A stretch of 50,353 nt of DNA from the IMG/VR virus record IMGVR_UViG_3300020593_000139, positions 1-50,353 of that record; one strand, 5' to 3'. The position numbers and the translations under genes are program-made. The notes under the pieces are model-generated. The model was given only the letters and a program-made list of their open reading frames with translations. It was not told where the DNA came from and did no database searches. The stretch is from a virus (Duplodnaviria > Caudoviricetes). Positions 9,530-17,893 of the stretch are shown piece after piece. Each line of letters begins with the position of its first letter. Within the stretch, counting starts at the first letter, position 1.

Positions 9530-9777
9530 TTCGCCCGAGCCTCTTGTTCGGCCAGCAGGGCGCGCTCATAGATAAGGCGGAGAGTCTGTCTGCGGGTTTG
9601 GCGATGTGGGTCGGGGTACTTCAGCTTTGGCTGGCGGAAACCTCGGCCACCAGTCAGTGACCAGAACAGATTGATCCTGCGCTCAACCGCTCCCTGATCC
9701 CGGAGGGGCATTCCGAGACGGGTCAGCCCCTCATAGTCCTTGGCCACAACCTTGTCGAAAACATTGTGAGCCATCAA
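9526..9777 (-). CDS. Phage hypothetical protein (83 aa)
   Basis: AGGAGG SD; 4-bp overlap with the DUF2800 start. Confidence 0.6.
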   Translation of the reverse strand: MMAHNVFDKVVAKDYEGLTRLGMPLRDQGAVERRINLFWSLTGGRGFRQPKLKYPDPHRQTRRQTLRLIYERALLAEQEARAK

Positions 9778-9802
9778 AACCTCCTAAAATCCTACAATCA
9801 AG

Positions 9803-10366
9803 TTATGAGATTTCAGCGATTTTCCGATCGACGTAGCGCTTGAACTCCTTCAGCTTGTCCTCGGGAAGCTCGGTCAGCTTCTTGACGCCGAAGTCGGACA
9901 TCATGCTTTCCCAAGCGGCCTTCTGTTCGGCCAGGTCCTTAAAGTTTTTCAGGAGGTAGTTGCGCAGGGCATATGCGCGAAGCTCGTCCACCGACATGGC
10001 CGGCTCGTCGTCCACCGGGGCTGGCTCGTCTTCGATCGGTTCGGCCTCGACATCTACAACTTCGGCGTCCTCGACTGCTTCCCTATGATCAGGTTCCGGT
10101 TCCGCTTCTCCGCCTGCCGGATCAGCTTCCTCAACCGCCTCGACAACCTCCACATCGTCCACGACAGCTTCAGCTGCTGCGCCACCATCATCAACTCGTT
10201 CAACAGTTTCCTCATTACGAACTGCCTCAACATTGCCTGTCGTCATTGGGCCACTGCCCATTGTCGCCGGGGCCGCTGCCCTGCCAGACATGATAAAGCC
10301 TAGCGAAAACAGCTGCTTGGCTACCTCTTGTACGTCATCACCTGTAATCTTGATCTCAATGCTCAC
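9803..10366 (-). CDS. Acidic phage protein, first gene of the leftward replication operon
   Basis: AAGGAG SD; acidic central region and C-terminal FGVKKLTELPE helical domain, as usually found upstream of DUF2800. Confidence 0.7.
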   Translation of the reverse strand: MSIEIKITGDDVQEVAKQLFSLGFIMSGRAAAPATMGSGPMTTGNVEAVRNEETVERVDDGGAAAEAVVDDVEVVEAVEEADPAGGEAEPEPDHREAVEDAEVVDVEAEPIEDEPAPVDDEPAMSVDELRAYALRNYLLKNFKDLAEQKAAWESMMSDFGVKKLTELPEDKLKEFKRYVDRKIAEIS

Positions 10367-10535
10367 GACATGCTCCTTTCCTTGGTGGTTGGAAGTGTAG
10401 AATGTTTTGTAGGGATTTGTCTACCATCTTTTTACGTAAAATCCTACAAGGCAAGCGGTGGATATGACACTTATGGGCCATTGTGGTTAGCTGGCCGAGA
10501 GGTAAGGTAGACCGGCTAGAGGGCGGGGAGCGGAC

Positions 10536-11258
10536 ATGAAATACCACATAGACCGTAAGATACGGCTTGTAACAGAGCCGAAGTACAAGAACCTTTACAC
10601 GCGAGCGCTTCAGGAGATTGACGAGAACGGTGAGCCGGTATCTGATGACTTGATACCCTGGGAGTGGGACTCGTATTTTTCTGCCACTAACTTAACCTTT
10701 TCCAGCCAGTTCTCCGTCTTTGATGGCCGTGAGGAGCACCGAACTGTGTTATCGCCCGAGGAGAGGGAGGTGCGGCATACAAGCTGGATTCATGCGTACC
10801 TGACGCCTGATCGGCATGCGACTTCCTACCAAATGTTCGGTACAGATCGATATGTGAAGCATTTCGGTCTTCATATCGAAGTGCTGAGTGACGAGACGCA
10901 AGAGGAAGCCCTTGTTGCGACCGGTGGTGTAAGTTACACGACGAATGAAGGCGAGACAGCCGAAGATTTTATTGATTTCCACTTGCTTTTGAGACCAAGC
11001 ACCTTTGAGCGGTATGTTCGTCGGATTGACGCTGGCGCAGACGGGCTAATCCTGCGAGCCAGGCACGTACACGGGTTCTATGCGCGTTGGTCGCCTGAAA
11101 TAACCACGCCCCTTATCAAAGTTCTAGCAAGCGGGGATCAACATGAAATCGAAGTTCCAGACGGTGCTGATAGCTTCGGCATTTCGCGTATGGGTACGGT
11201 AGGCGATTTTAGTCTAACCATATGGAAGGAGGCGAAGTTCGGTAGTAACAAACATTAG
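10536..11258 (+). CDS. Hypothetical protein (240 aa), moron-like
   Basis: GGAG SD; opposite strand to the flanking phage operons; visibly lower GC. Confidence 0.7.
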   Translation: MKYHIDRKIRLVTEPKYKNLYTRALQEIDENGEPVSDDLIPWEWDSYFSATNLTFSSQFSVFDGREEHRTVLSPEEREVRHTSWIHAYLTPDRHATSYQMFGTDRYVKHFGLHIEVLSDETQEEALVATGGVSYTTNEGETAEDFIDFHLLLRPSTFERYVRRIDAGADGLILRARHVHGFYARWSPEITTPLIKVLASGDQHEIEVPDGADSFGISRMGTVGDFSLTIWKEAKFGSNKH

Positions 11259-11302
11259 TTAGGCAGCCGCATATCATCGCGGCTTGATCGGGGGAGGGCA
11301 AT

Positions 11303-11578
11303 ATGAGGATAGCCGTTGTTTTGGCGGCAGTTGTAGTGCTGCTTGCTGGGTGCGGGAACAGCTATGACCGCCAACTTAGCTGGATCGAATGGTTCTTTGC
11401 GCTTGGTAAAACGGGCAGTTCGCCGGACTACATCTTGGTCAAGAGTGGCTTTGCCGGCCCTGACAAAGTAGCCGTCATTTTCGGGTTCATGGATGATGGA
11501 GCATTCTGCAATGAGATCGCCAGGATGTATATGGATCGCTACCCAGAGGCCCGCTACTACTGCGTTCCGGCCAACTGA
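11303..11578 (+). CDS. Small lipoprotein (moron)
   Basis: Signal peptide with lipobox LAG/C; GGAGG SD. Confidence 0.75.
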   Translation: MRIAVVLAAVVVLLAGCGNSYDRQLSWIEWFFALGKTGSSPDYILVKSGFAGPDKVAVIFGFMDDGAFCNEIARMYMDRYPEARYYCVPAN

Positions 11579-11629
11579 CCTAACAATGAATAGGTTGTCC
11601 TTCGGACCCATGCAGAAGGCGAGAAGGGC

Positions 11630-11661
11630 TTGACTTCGCGGCGCATGTTCTCAATTTGTTC
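11630..11661 (+). promoter_or_regulatory. Promoter with alphaproteobacterial LexA (SOS) box GTTC-N7-GTTC
   Basis: TTGACT at 11630-11635; GTTC-tcaattt-GTTC at 11647-11661 covers the expected -10 region, 5 bp before the ATG at 11667. Confidence 0.75.
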
Positions 11662-11666
11662 TCATT

Positions 11667-11921
11667 ATGCGCCAATGGTCGAATCTGAAAGAGCTCGCGG
11701 ACGCCCTCATAGCTCGGGGCCACATGAAGAAGCAGACGGTCCTATCGCCAGGAACCGCAATGATGGTTGGCAACCATCTGCTTACCGCGCACCTGAAGCC
11801 CACGCGGGACGAGGTGGCGTGGATCTTGTGCAAGGGAAATTGCGAGGTCCCTTGTATCGCTTGCAGGGGCCAGGCTAATCAAATAGTCCGGTTGTACGGG
11901 GAGCGATTGGATCATCAATGA
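11667..11921 (+). CDS. Small Cys-rich protein downstream of a LexA box (candidate antirepressor)
   Basis: 84 aa, CKGNCEVPCIACRG cluster; probably near-leaderless transcript. Confidence 0.6.
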   Translation: MRQWSNLKELADALIARGHMKKQTVLSPGTAMMVGNHLLTAHLKPTRDEVAWILCKGNCEVPCIACRGQANQIVRLYGERLDHQ

Positions 11922-11933
11922 GGGGGCAGGGGC

Positions 11934-12659
11934 ATGGGTTTGCGGTGGACCACCGTTAGGAACGTGTTGGTTGGCGGTGCTATAGTTTGGGCTATTGCTG
12001 CCATCCAGCTATTGGTCGGAAGCCCTTATGATCTGTTCAGTGAGAGCACGTGGATTTCCATCGGCAACGCAGCCGAACACATCATTCTGCTGAAGTGGGT
12101 ATCGAAGTATCAGACGCTTCTCTCTGGTTTTTGCGCCATTGCTGCCGGTGTTTGGGTTTACTGGTCAGCGAAAATACAAATCGAGCATCAAGTAGAGAAT
12201 ACCAATAAGGCCGAGGTTAGGGAGCTTCGGAATAAGTATGTATTCTTTGACAATTGCCTTCGAACTATCCTTCTTGAGCTTTTAGCAAACCGTTATCCAG
12301 ATATGCAAATTGATATGGCGAAAGAATTTATCAAAAATAATAACATATCTGATGGTAGGATGTCGTATTTATTGCAGATCATTTTAAGTAGATTGGATGA
12401 CGTTAAAAAAGATTTCAAATTTATGGATTTGAAAGAAACCGATTCTATCCGTGACGCACTCGTATTAGTTTCTGTTTCGGCCGATGTATTTCGTGAGTAT
12501 GCACGTCGAGTTGGTTCTCTGAAAACACTAGCTGACTATGGCTCAGTCCGAGGAGATATGCCGATTGACATAGCGCAGGATGCCTCAGACGGTTTGGACT
12601 ACCCATGGCAATCTATTGCCGTATTAAAGCTATTTTTCAAAGATGGCTCCAAGGCTTAG
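11934..12659 (+). CDS. Membrane protein (2 predicted TM segments plus soluble domain), low-GC moron
   Basis: Hydrophobic stretches at about aa 10-30 and 62-78; AT-rich 3' half. Confidence 0.7.
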   Translation: MGLRWTTVRNVLVGGAIVWAIAAIQLLVGSPYDLFSESTWISIGNAAEHIILLKWVSKYQTLLSGFCAIAAGVWVYWSAKIQIEHQVENTNKAEVRELRNKYVFFDNCLRTILLELLANRYPDMQIDMAKEFIKNNNISDGRMSYLLQIILSRLDDVKKDFKFMDLKETDSIRDALVLVSVSADVFREYARRVGSLKTLADYGSVRGDMPIDIAQDASDGLDYPWQSIAVLKLFFKDGSKA

Positions 12660-12812
12660 GGGCGGTTCATGCACTGAGGCGCTACGGCCCATCAGTCGCA
12701 CAGCCCCCAGGCGTCGGTATTGAGAAACTGTATGAAGTAGCTCTGTTTCCTGCAATCGTCACAGTACTTCGCCGACGGCTTAATCGTCTGCCCACCGCCT
12801 CTGTTCTGCACC

Positions 12813-14210
12813 CTAGAGATGGTGCCCCACTGGCCGACCATAGCGCCAACTATCATTACCGCTATCCAACCGTAAACTCCGTACGCTATCAAACGCCTCA
12901 TTCTGGCATAACCTTCTCTCCTCGCAGCCATCAATAACAGCGGAAATACTCTTCATCTTTCGGGATACCGCCCGTGATATGTCCTCGTCGATTGACCCAG
13001 GGATAATTCCTGTGCGGACTAGGCATGGCTCTGTCTGGCCAATGCGGTGGATGCGCTGCGCGGCCTGCTCGTTCTCTGCCGGCACCCATGAGTGCTCGAC
13101 AAACAGCAGATCGCTGGCCCGCGTCAGGGTGATGCCAGTGCCAGCGGCCTGGATCTGGCCGATGAAAACGCGGATCTTCGGGTCTTCCTGAAGCCGGTCC
13201 ACGGCCCGCTGTCGCTCATTCTGCTTCATGCCACCGTGGACGCGCACCGCGACCGCGCACAGCTGGTCGTACAGGTACTCGATCACGTCCGTATGGTGGG
13301 CAAAAAGTACGATTTTTCTGTCATTTGGTGTGGCATCGAGCCAGTCCTTCACCCATGCAGCAGCCGGCTTGGCCTTGGCCATGCCTGTCAGGCGTCGTAG
13401 CTTGGCCACACCGCCGTCGAAGGAGATCCGGCGCAGGCCGTCGATCCCTTCCTCGGCCAGGGCCTTGCGGACCTTCTCGGCTTCCTCGAAATCGATCCCA
13501 TCAACGTCGGCGTCTAGGTACAGGTCGGCGAAGCGGATTGGCGGCAGGTCCTTCAGCACGTCCGCCTTGCGCCGCCGCAGCATGAAGCCCTTCAGCTTCT
13601 CGTGCAGCTTGGCGTCGTTCCGGGTTCCGACGATCTGCTGGCCGAACCCGTTGTTCTTCAGGACGCAGTACGCGGCCTCGAACTGGTAGTAGCTCCAGAT
13701 CTTGCCGGTACGCGGAGAGATCAGCACTTCCGGATACAGGGCGCGCAGGTGAGGGTACAGTTCAGCGGAGTGATTTGGCATCGGGGTCGCTGTCAGCACC
13801 CACACCTGAAGCCCCTTGGCCGCAACGCAGTCGTCGGGCAGGGCGGCATCCTGACCATAGATGCCCTTGGTGCGCTTGGTGCTGAGGCTCTTGAGCAGAT
13901 GGCCCTCGTCGAGAATGATGACGCACCATTGCCGCTCGGTTATCCGCCTGAAGTCTTTGCCAACGGCGTTGTCGTAGCTCGTCACGAAAGCGGACCAGTC
14001 ACCCTGTCGGTACTTGGCAATCTCGCGCTTCCAGTTCTCCACGACGGAAGCAGGGCAGATGACAAGAACGAACAGGGCCATGGCCTCGTCGCATGCACGA
14101 ATGGCTTGGAGCGTCTTCCCCAAGCCAGGATCATCTGCGAGGAGGGCGGTCTTTTTGTTGGACAGGAACTCGACCCCCTCCCGCTGGTACGGGTATAACT
14201 CGACCATCAT
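12813..14210 (-). CDS. SNF2/DEXH-family helicase
   Basis: LYPYQREG, DDPGLGKT, LDEGH, LTATP, GTGITL, QAAQRIHRIGQ. Confidence 0.93.
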   Translation of the reverse strand: MMVELYPYQREGVEFLSNKKTALLADDPGLGKTLQAIRACDEAMALFVLVICPASVVENWKREIAKYRQGDWSAFVTSYDNAVGKDFRRITERQWCVIILDEGHLLKSLSTKRTKGIYGQDAALPDDCVAAKGLQVWVLTATPMPNHSAELYPHLRALYPEVLISPRTGKIWSYYQFEAAYCVLKNNGFGQQIVGTRNDAKLHEKLKGFMLRRRKADVLKDLPPIRFADLYLDADVDGIDFEEAEKVRKALAEEGIDGLRRISFDGGVAKLRRLTGMAKAKPAAAWVKDWLDATPNDRKIVLFAHHTDVIEYLYDQLCAVAVRVHGGMKQNERQRAVDRLQEDPKIRVFIGQIQAAGTGITLTRASDLLFVEHSWVPAENEQAAQRIHRIGQTEPCLVRTGIIPGSIDEDISRAVSRKMKSISAVIDGCEERRLCQNEAFDSVRSLRLDSGNDSWRYGRPVGHHL

Positions 14211-14701
14211 TACTCGGCGGCTTCAGCTAGGTCCTCTTGCTGATAGATACCGAGACGCGTCAGGCCGAGGTGGAAGCCGGCGATCGCGTCAGCTTCGTTG
14301 TCGTCGGAGGGGTAAAAACCGCGCTCCTCACATTTGGCGATCATAAGCTCCTTGTTGGCGTTGCCCTTGCCAGTCCAGAAGCGCTTCATTTCGCCCACCG
14401 GGAGCCCCTCATAGGGGATCTCGTTTTCTTCGCACCAAGCAGTCAGCGTGGCCATGAGCCCGCCGTAGACATGCGCTGCATCAACGCCCTTGTGGCGTCG
14501 GACTTCCTCAAAGAACACATGAGTAATCGTGTACGCGGAACGAAGCTCTTCAAGTCTCGTCCGGAACTTCACATAGCGCATGCCGCCACCATCGTAACGA
14601 CCCTGCTTCAAATCCCATGTGCCTGAAATAACATGGCCCCCGCTTCCCACGGCAAACCCGCATTTCGTCCCTAGATCAAGCATCAGAACTTTGGGCTGCA
14701 T
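14210..14701 (-). CDS. RuvC-like Holliday junction resolvase
   Basis: MLDLGTKCGFA, FEEV, TGKGNANKE, DDNEADA; start placed at the ATG after a GAGGAG SD. Confidence 0.85.
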   Translation of the reverse strand: MQPKVLMLDLGTKCGFAVGSGGHVISGTWDLKQGRYDGGGMRYVKFRTRLEELRSAYTITHVFFEEVRRHKGVDAAHVYGGLMATLTAWCEENEIPYEGLPVGEMKRFWTGKGNANKELMIAKCEERGFYPSDDNEADAIAGFHLGLTRLGIYQQEDLAEAAE

Positions 14702-14732
14702 ACCCCATAACTCCTCGCTATTGTGCCTTTCA

Positions 14733-15305
14733 TTATCGATTGATGTTTGCCGCGATGTACTTGGCTGCTGTGCATTCACGACGGCGGTCGTCGATCAACA
14801 TGCCATTCTCGGCGGCGTCGAGAATGATCGCGCAGCAGGCCATTACGTGGCCGAGGTGGTGGCACCCACTGTCCTCGGCGAAGTCCTCCCCATCCCAAAA
14901 CGCAAGAGCATGGCGCAGCATCGCGTCGTAATAGACGGAGGTGGTGACGGCTTTGTCCCGCCAGTTGAAGCGGGTGTACTTGCGCTCCCCGTCGGCCATG
15001 GCCTTGCCCAAATGCAGGATGGCCACCGGAGGAATTGCCCGGAGCGGCGGCTTAGTCATGCCGACTGCCGTCTTCGGGTTGCCGTCGGGATATGCGGATT
15101 CACTAGAACTATTGGCTGACATATCAGCTACATTGTATTTCTCTACATCCGACACAACCCACCATACTCTTTTCGGATGATCCTCATTTGGGGTAATCGG
15201 TTCGACCTCAATCAGGTCGTTTCCGAAGGGCAGGAAGCGCATGATCTTCGCAATCTGCCCAGTGGACACGCGTCGGACGTGATCACCAACGAGAAGTTCG
15301 CTCAT
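14733..15305 (-). CDS. DUF5664 (dATP/dGTP diphosphohydrolase N-terminal-like) protein with extra N-terminal small beta domain
   Basis: NPKTAVG.TKPPL..IP...G..KY..FNWR...YYDAMLRH...GED...SGCHHLGHVMACCAI. Confidence 0.82.
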   Translation of the reverse strand: MSELLVGDHVRRVSTGQIAKIMRFLPFGNDLIEVEPITPNEDHPKRVWWVVSDVEKYNVADMSANSSSESAYPDGNPKTAVGMTKPPLRAIPPVAILHLGKAMADGERKYTRFNWRDKAVTTSVYYDAMLRHALAFWDGEDFAEDSGCHHLGHVMACCAIILDAAENGMLIDDRRRECTAAKYIAANINR

Positions 15306-15508
15306 ACGCCGTACTCCTTCAGCACGGCCTCGATCCTCTCAATCATGGAAGGCCGAAATCTCCGGCCTTTCCGGGCCTTTGGCAGGAAAGTCGGGTCGCC
15401 GAAGTAGGTGTACCCGAACTTGGTTTGGCTCATGCCAGAAACCATCCACGCCTCAATGAGGCGCGGTGTAATAGGGTCCAAGCTTTCGGAATGATCGGTA
15501 CTGCTCAT
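15302..15508 (-). CDS. Small HTH (Cro-like) DNA-binding protein
   Basis: GMSQTKFG...GDPTF...GRR.R helix-turn-helix pattern; first gene of a leftward operon at a divergent junction. Confidence 0.65.
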   Translation of the reverse strand: MSSTDHSESLDPITPRLIEAWMVSGMSQTKFGYTYFGDPTFLPKARKGRRFRPSMIERIEAVLKEYGV

Positions 15509-15616
15509 GTGATGTTTTTAGTATTGCCTTTGATGGATTGCAAGAGTAATTGTTGGATTGTCCGAAAAGACAACGTACGACATATGTACGCCAAAGCCAA
15601 ATGAGAGGAGATTGAT

Positions 15617-15898
15617 TTGACTCAGATCAAAAAGTCCGAGGGGCTGACCGACAAGGAGCGCGCCGAGATCTTCAAGAAGGCGGGGGAACTCGCGAACCAA
15701 TTCTCGGACTTGATCAACACCGAGAAGCACTCCCCGGCAGTAGTGATGACGGCGCTAAGTGGCCTTGCTGCGGCCAGTTGCATAGCCATGTCGGAGGATG
15801 TGGAGCAAGCCATTCACAACGCCAACGTCTTCAATCTGGACGTTGTTTTCCGAGTCGCCGGCCATTTCAGCACTCCCTCGGACGCTGTTCTTCAGTAG
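15617..15898 (+). CDS. Phage hypothetical protein (93 aa)
   Basis: GAGGAG SD before a TTG start; head of the rightward operon. Confidence 0.6.
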   Translation: MTQIKKSEGLTDKERAEIFKKAGELANQFSDLINTEKHSPAVVMTALSGLAAASCIAMSEDVEQAIHNANVFNLDVVFRVAGHFSTPSDAVLQ

Positions 15899-15905
15899 GA
15901 TAGAA

Positions 15906-16772
15906 ATGCGACAATACCACGACCTACTTCACGATGTTGTGAGCTGCGGAGAAGTGAGGAAAGATCGTACAGGTGTAGGAACTGTATCGCTCTTTTCGCC
16001 ACACACGCAGCGATATGACCTCCGCGACAGCTTCCCCCTCGTTACAACCAAGCGGGTCTTCTGGCGCGCGGTCGTCGGTGAACTCTTGTGGATGCTGGAG
16101 GGCAGCACAAGCCGCAATCGTCTGGAGCGGATCACGTTCGGCACCAGAGGCGAGAACGCCACTATTTGGGATGAATGGGCCGACAGGGACGGCTCCCTTG
16201 GCCCCATCTATGGGTGGCAATGGCGCAACTGGTTCGCTGCCACTCGCACCTGCGAGGCGGGCAAATACGGGCCGGAATACGGATACTGGCACCGGTACGT
16301 CGATCAGATCTCGGCAGTCATCAAAGGTATTCGCGAAGATCCGACGAGCCGCCGGCACATCGTCTCGGCATGGAACGTCGGCGAGCTTGATCAGATGGCC
16401 CTGCCGCCATGCCATGTGCTGTACCAGTTCTACGTCAACAACGACGGGCGGCTGGACTGCCACTTATTCCAGCGTTCCTGTGATCTGTTCTTGGGGTGCC
16501 CATTCAACATCGCATCCTACTCGCTGCTGACCGTAATGGTGGCGCATGTCACAGGTCTGAAGCCAGGGACGTTCTTCCACACCATTGGCGACGCGCACAT
16601 TTACCTCAACCACATGGACGCGGTTCAGGAATTGCTGTCCCGCAAGCCGCTGGATCTGCCGACGGTGCGGATCACGAAGGACACGAACGACATCTTCTCG
16701 ATCGGCATGGAGGACATCGTTCTGGAAGGCTACGCGCCGCATCCGGCTATCAAAGCGGAGGTGGCGGTTTGA
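15906..16772 (+). CDS. thyA: Thymidylate synthase
   Basis: DRTGVGT, LVTTKRV, LGPIYGWQWR, MALPPCH, QRSCDLFLGCPFNIASY, GDAHIYLNH; start re-placed at ATG 15906. Confidence 0.96.
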   Translation: MRQYHDLLHDVVSCGEVRKDRTGVGTVSLFSPHTQRYDLRDSFPLVTTKRVFWRAVVGELLWMLEGSTSRNRLERITFGTRGENATIWDEWADRDGSLGPIYGWQWRNWFAATRTCEAGKYGPEYGYWHRYVDQISAVIKGIREDPTSRRHIVSAWNVGELDQMALPPCHVLYQFYVNNDGRLDCHLFQRSCDLFLGCPFNIASYSLLTVMVAHVTGLKPGTFFHTIGDAHIYLNHMDAVQELLSRKPLDLPTVRITKDTNDIFSIGMEDIVLEGYAPHPAIKAEVAV

Positions 16773-16966
16773 TCGACACGCCAGAGCTTCAACTGGGCGG
16801 GCTGATGCTCGTGCCTGTTGAGGACGGTACGATGCTCCGCTGCCACCGGACGGGGCAGTACATTGAAATCACGAACGCCCGCGCTGTCGTGCGTGGCCAC
16901 AAGATGTACTGCACCCGTGAACTCTATCAACGACTCATTCTACGCAACACAGGAGGTACAGCATGA
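16769..16966 (+). CDS. Phage hypothetical protein (~65 aa)
   Basis: TTGA overlap with the thyA stop and ATGA overlap with the thioredoxin start. Confidence 0.55.
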   Translation: MIDTPELQLGGLMLVPVEDGTMLRCHRTGQYIEITNARAVVRGHKMYCTRELYQRLILRNTGGTA

Positions 16967-17214
16967 AACTCGTTCTGTATTCTGCCGGCTGGTGCGCACC
17001 CTGTCAGGCCATCAAGCAGCAGATCGCCGGCCTTCCGGCTGACAAGCAGAAGCTGGTGGACATCATCAACATGGAAGATAGCGCCGACCGCTTCATGCAG
17101 GCGGGCGTGTCTTCACTACCGACCCTGATCGTCTTCGAGGGTGGCGAGGAGACGGAACGGCACGTTACCGCGCCGGCAGTCAATCACGCGCTGAAGCGTC
17201 TGCTGGAGGTGTGA
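16963..17214 (+). CDS. Thioredoxin-like protein
   Basis: WCAPC active site and cis-Pro loop SLPTL; AGGAGG SD. Confidence 0.9.
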   Translation: MKLVLYSAGWCAPCQAIKQQIAGLPADKQKLVDIINMEDSADRFMQAGVSSLPTLIVFEGGEETERHVTAPAVNHALKRLLEV

Positions 17215-17216
17215 TG

Positions 17217-17474
17217 TCACCCGACCAGATTTCCGGCCTCCCGCGCGGCAGCAACAAACGCCGCTCGGGCCTTCTCGGCATCGCACTTGCCAGTGAGGCA
17301 CCTGAGTATGGTCTTCCTGGCCGCAAGGTGCTTGGGGCCAGGTTCGACCGGCCATAGTTCCAGCAACACTTCAGCAGCCCGCGCCGCGTTCTCGATGCGG
17401 TACGGGGTGAAATCGTCTCCGGCCATGACGATGACCGGATCTCTCCAGCGTCCAGTGTTCATGGCGCGATTCAA
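17217..17474 (-). CDS. DUF982-family protein
   Basis: W..PV...AAEVLLELWP..G.KH.AA...L.G....ARAAFVAAAREAG matches this Rhizobiales family. Confidence 0.8.
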   Translation of the reverse strand: MNRAMNTGRWRDPVIVMAGDDFTPYRIENAARAAEVLLELWPVEPGPKHLAARKTILRCLTGKCDAEKARAAFVAAAREAGNLVG

Positions 17475-17500
17475 CTCAACTTGAAGGAGGAAGGTTCCGC

Positions 17501-17752
17501 ATGCTGCCTAAGCCGAAACGCCGTCCCTACAACCGGACGCCGGTTCGCACCGCCTCAAAGACCTTGCAGCAGATCTTCGGCATCATGGAACGACAGGAGG
17601 TGACACAGAGGTCCATGGCCAAGGGGCTGAAGACCGACAAGGCGCAAATGCAGAAGTACAAGCGCGGCGATCAGACACCCAACATCCTCCGGGTCGAGGA
17701 AATGGCGGATCTGCTTGGATACGAACTGGTACTAAGGAGGAAGCAGTTATGA
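17501..17752 (+). CDS. XRE-family HTH protein
   Basis: VTQRSMAKGL...QKYKRGDQTPNILRVEEMADLLGYEL; AGGAGG SD. Confidence 0.85.
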   Translation: MLPKPKRRPYNRTPVRTASKTLQQIFGIMERQEVTQRSMAKGLKTDKAQMQKYKRGDQTPNILRVEEMADLLGYELVLRRKQL

Positions 17753-17893
17753 AAGACGCACGAGAAGCGCTTCGGCGCGAGCTTCGACGGTGGGCGGACC
17801 ACTACCAGTCGGTGACGAAAAGCTAGTGGCTTGCCCATTTTGTCGAAAAATACGAAAATCCGCGCTTACGACAAATATACCGAGGGACCTATT

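Noticed and set aside
3775-15305. 2-aminoadenine (Z-genome) pathway
   Set aside because: HD hydrolase, DUF5664 and PolA are present, but there is no PurZ/adenylosuccinate-synthetase-like ORF in the window
15906-16772. Thymidylate synthase as a base-modifying dCMP/dUMP hydroxymethylase
   Set aside because: It keeps canonical ThyA motifs, including Asn in PFNIASY (dUMP specificity); no glycosyltransferase, kinase or other hypermodification genes were recognised
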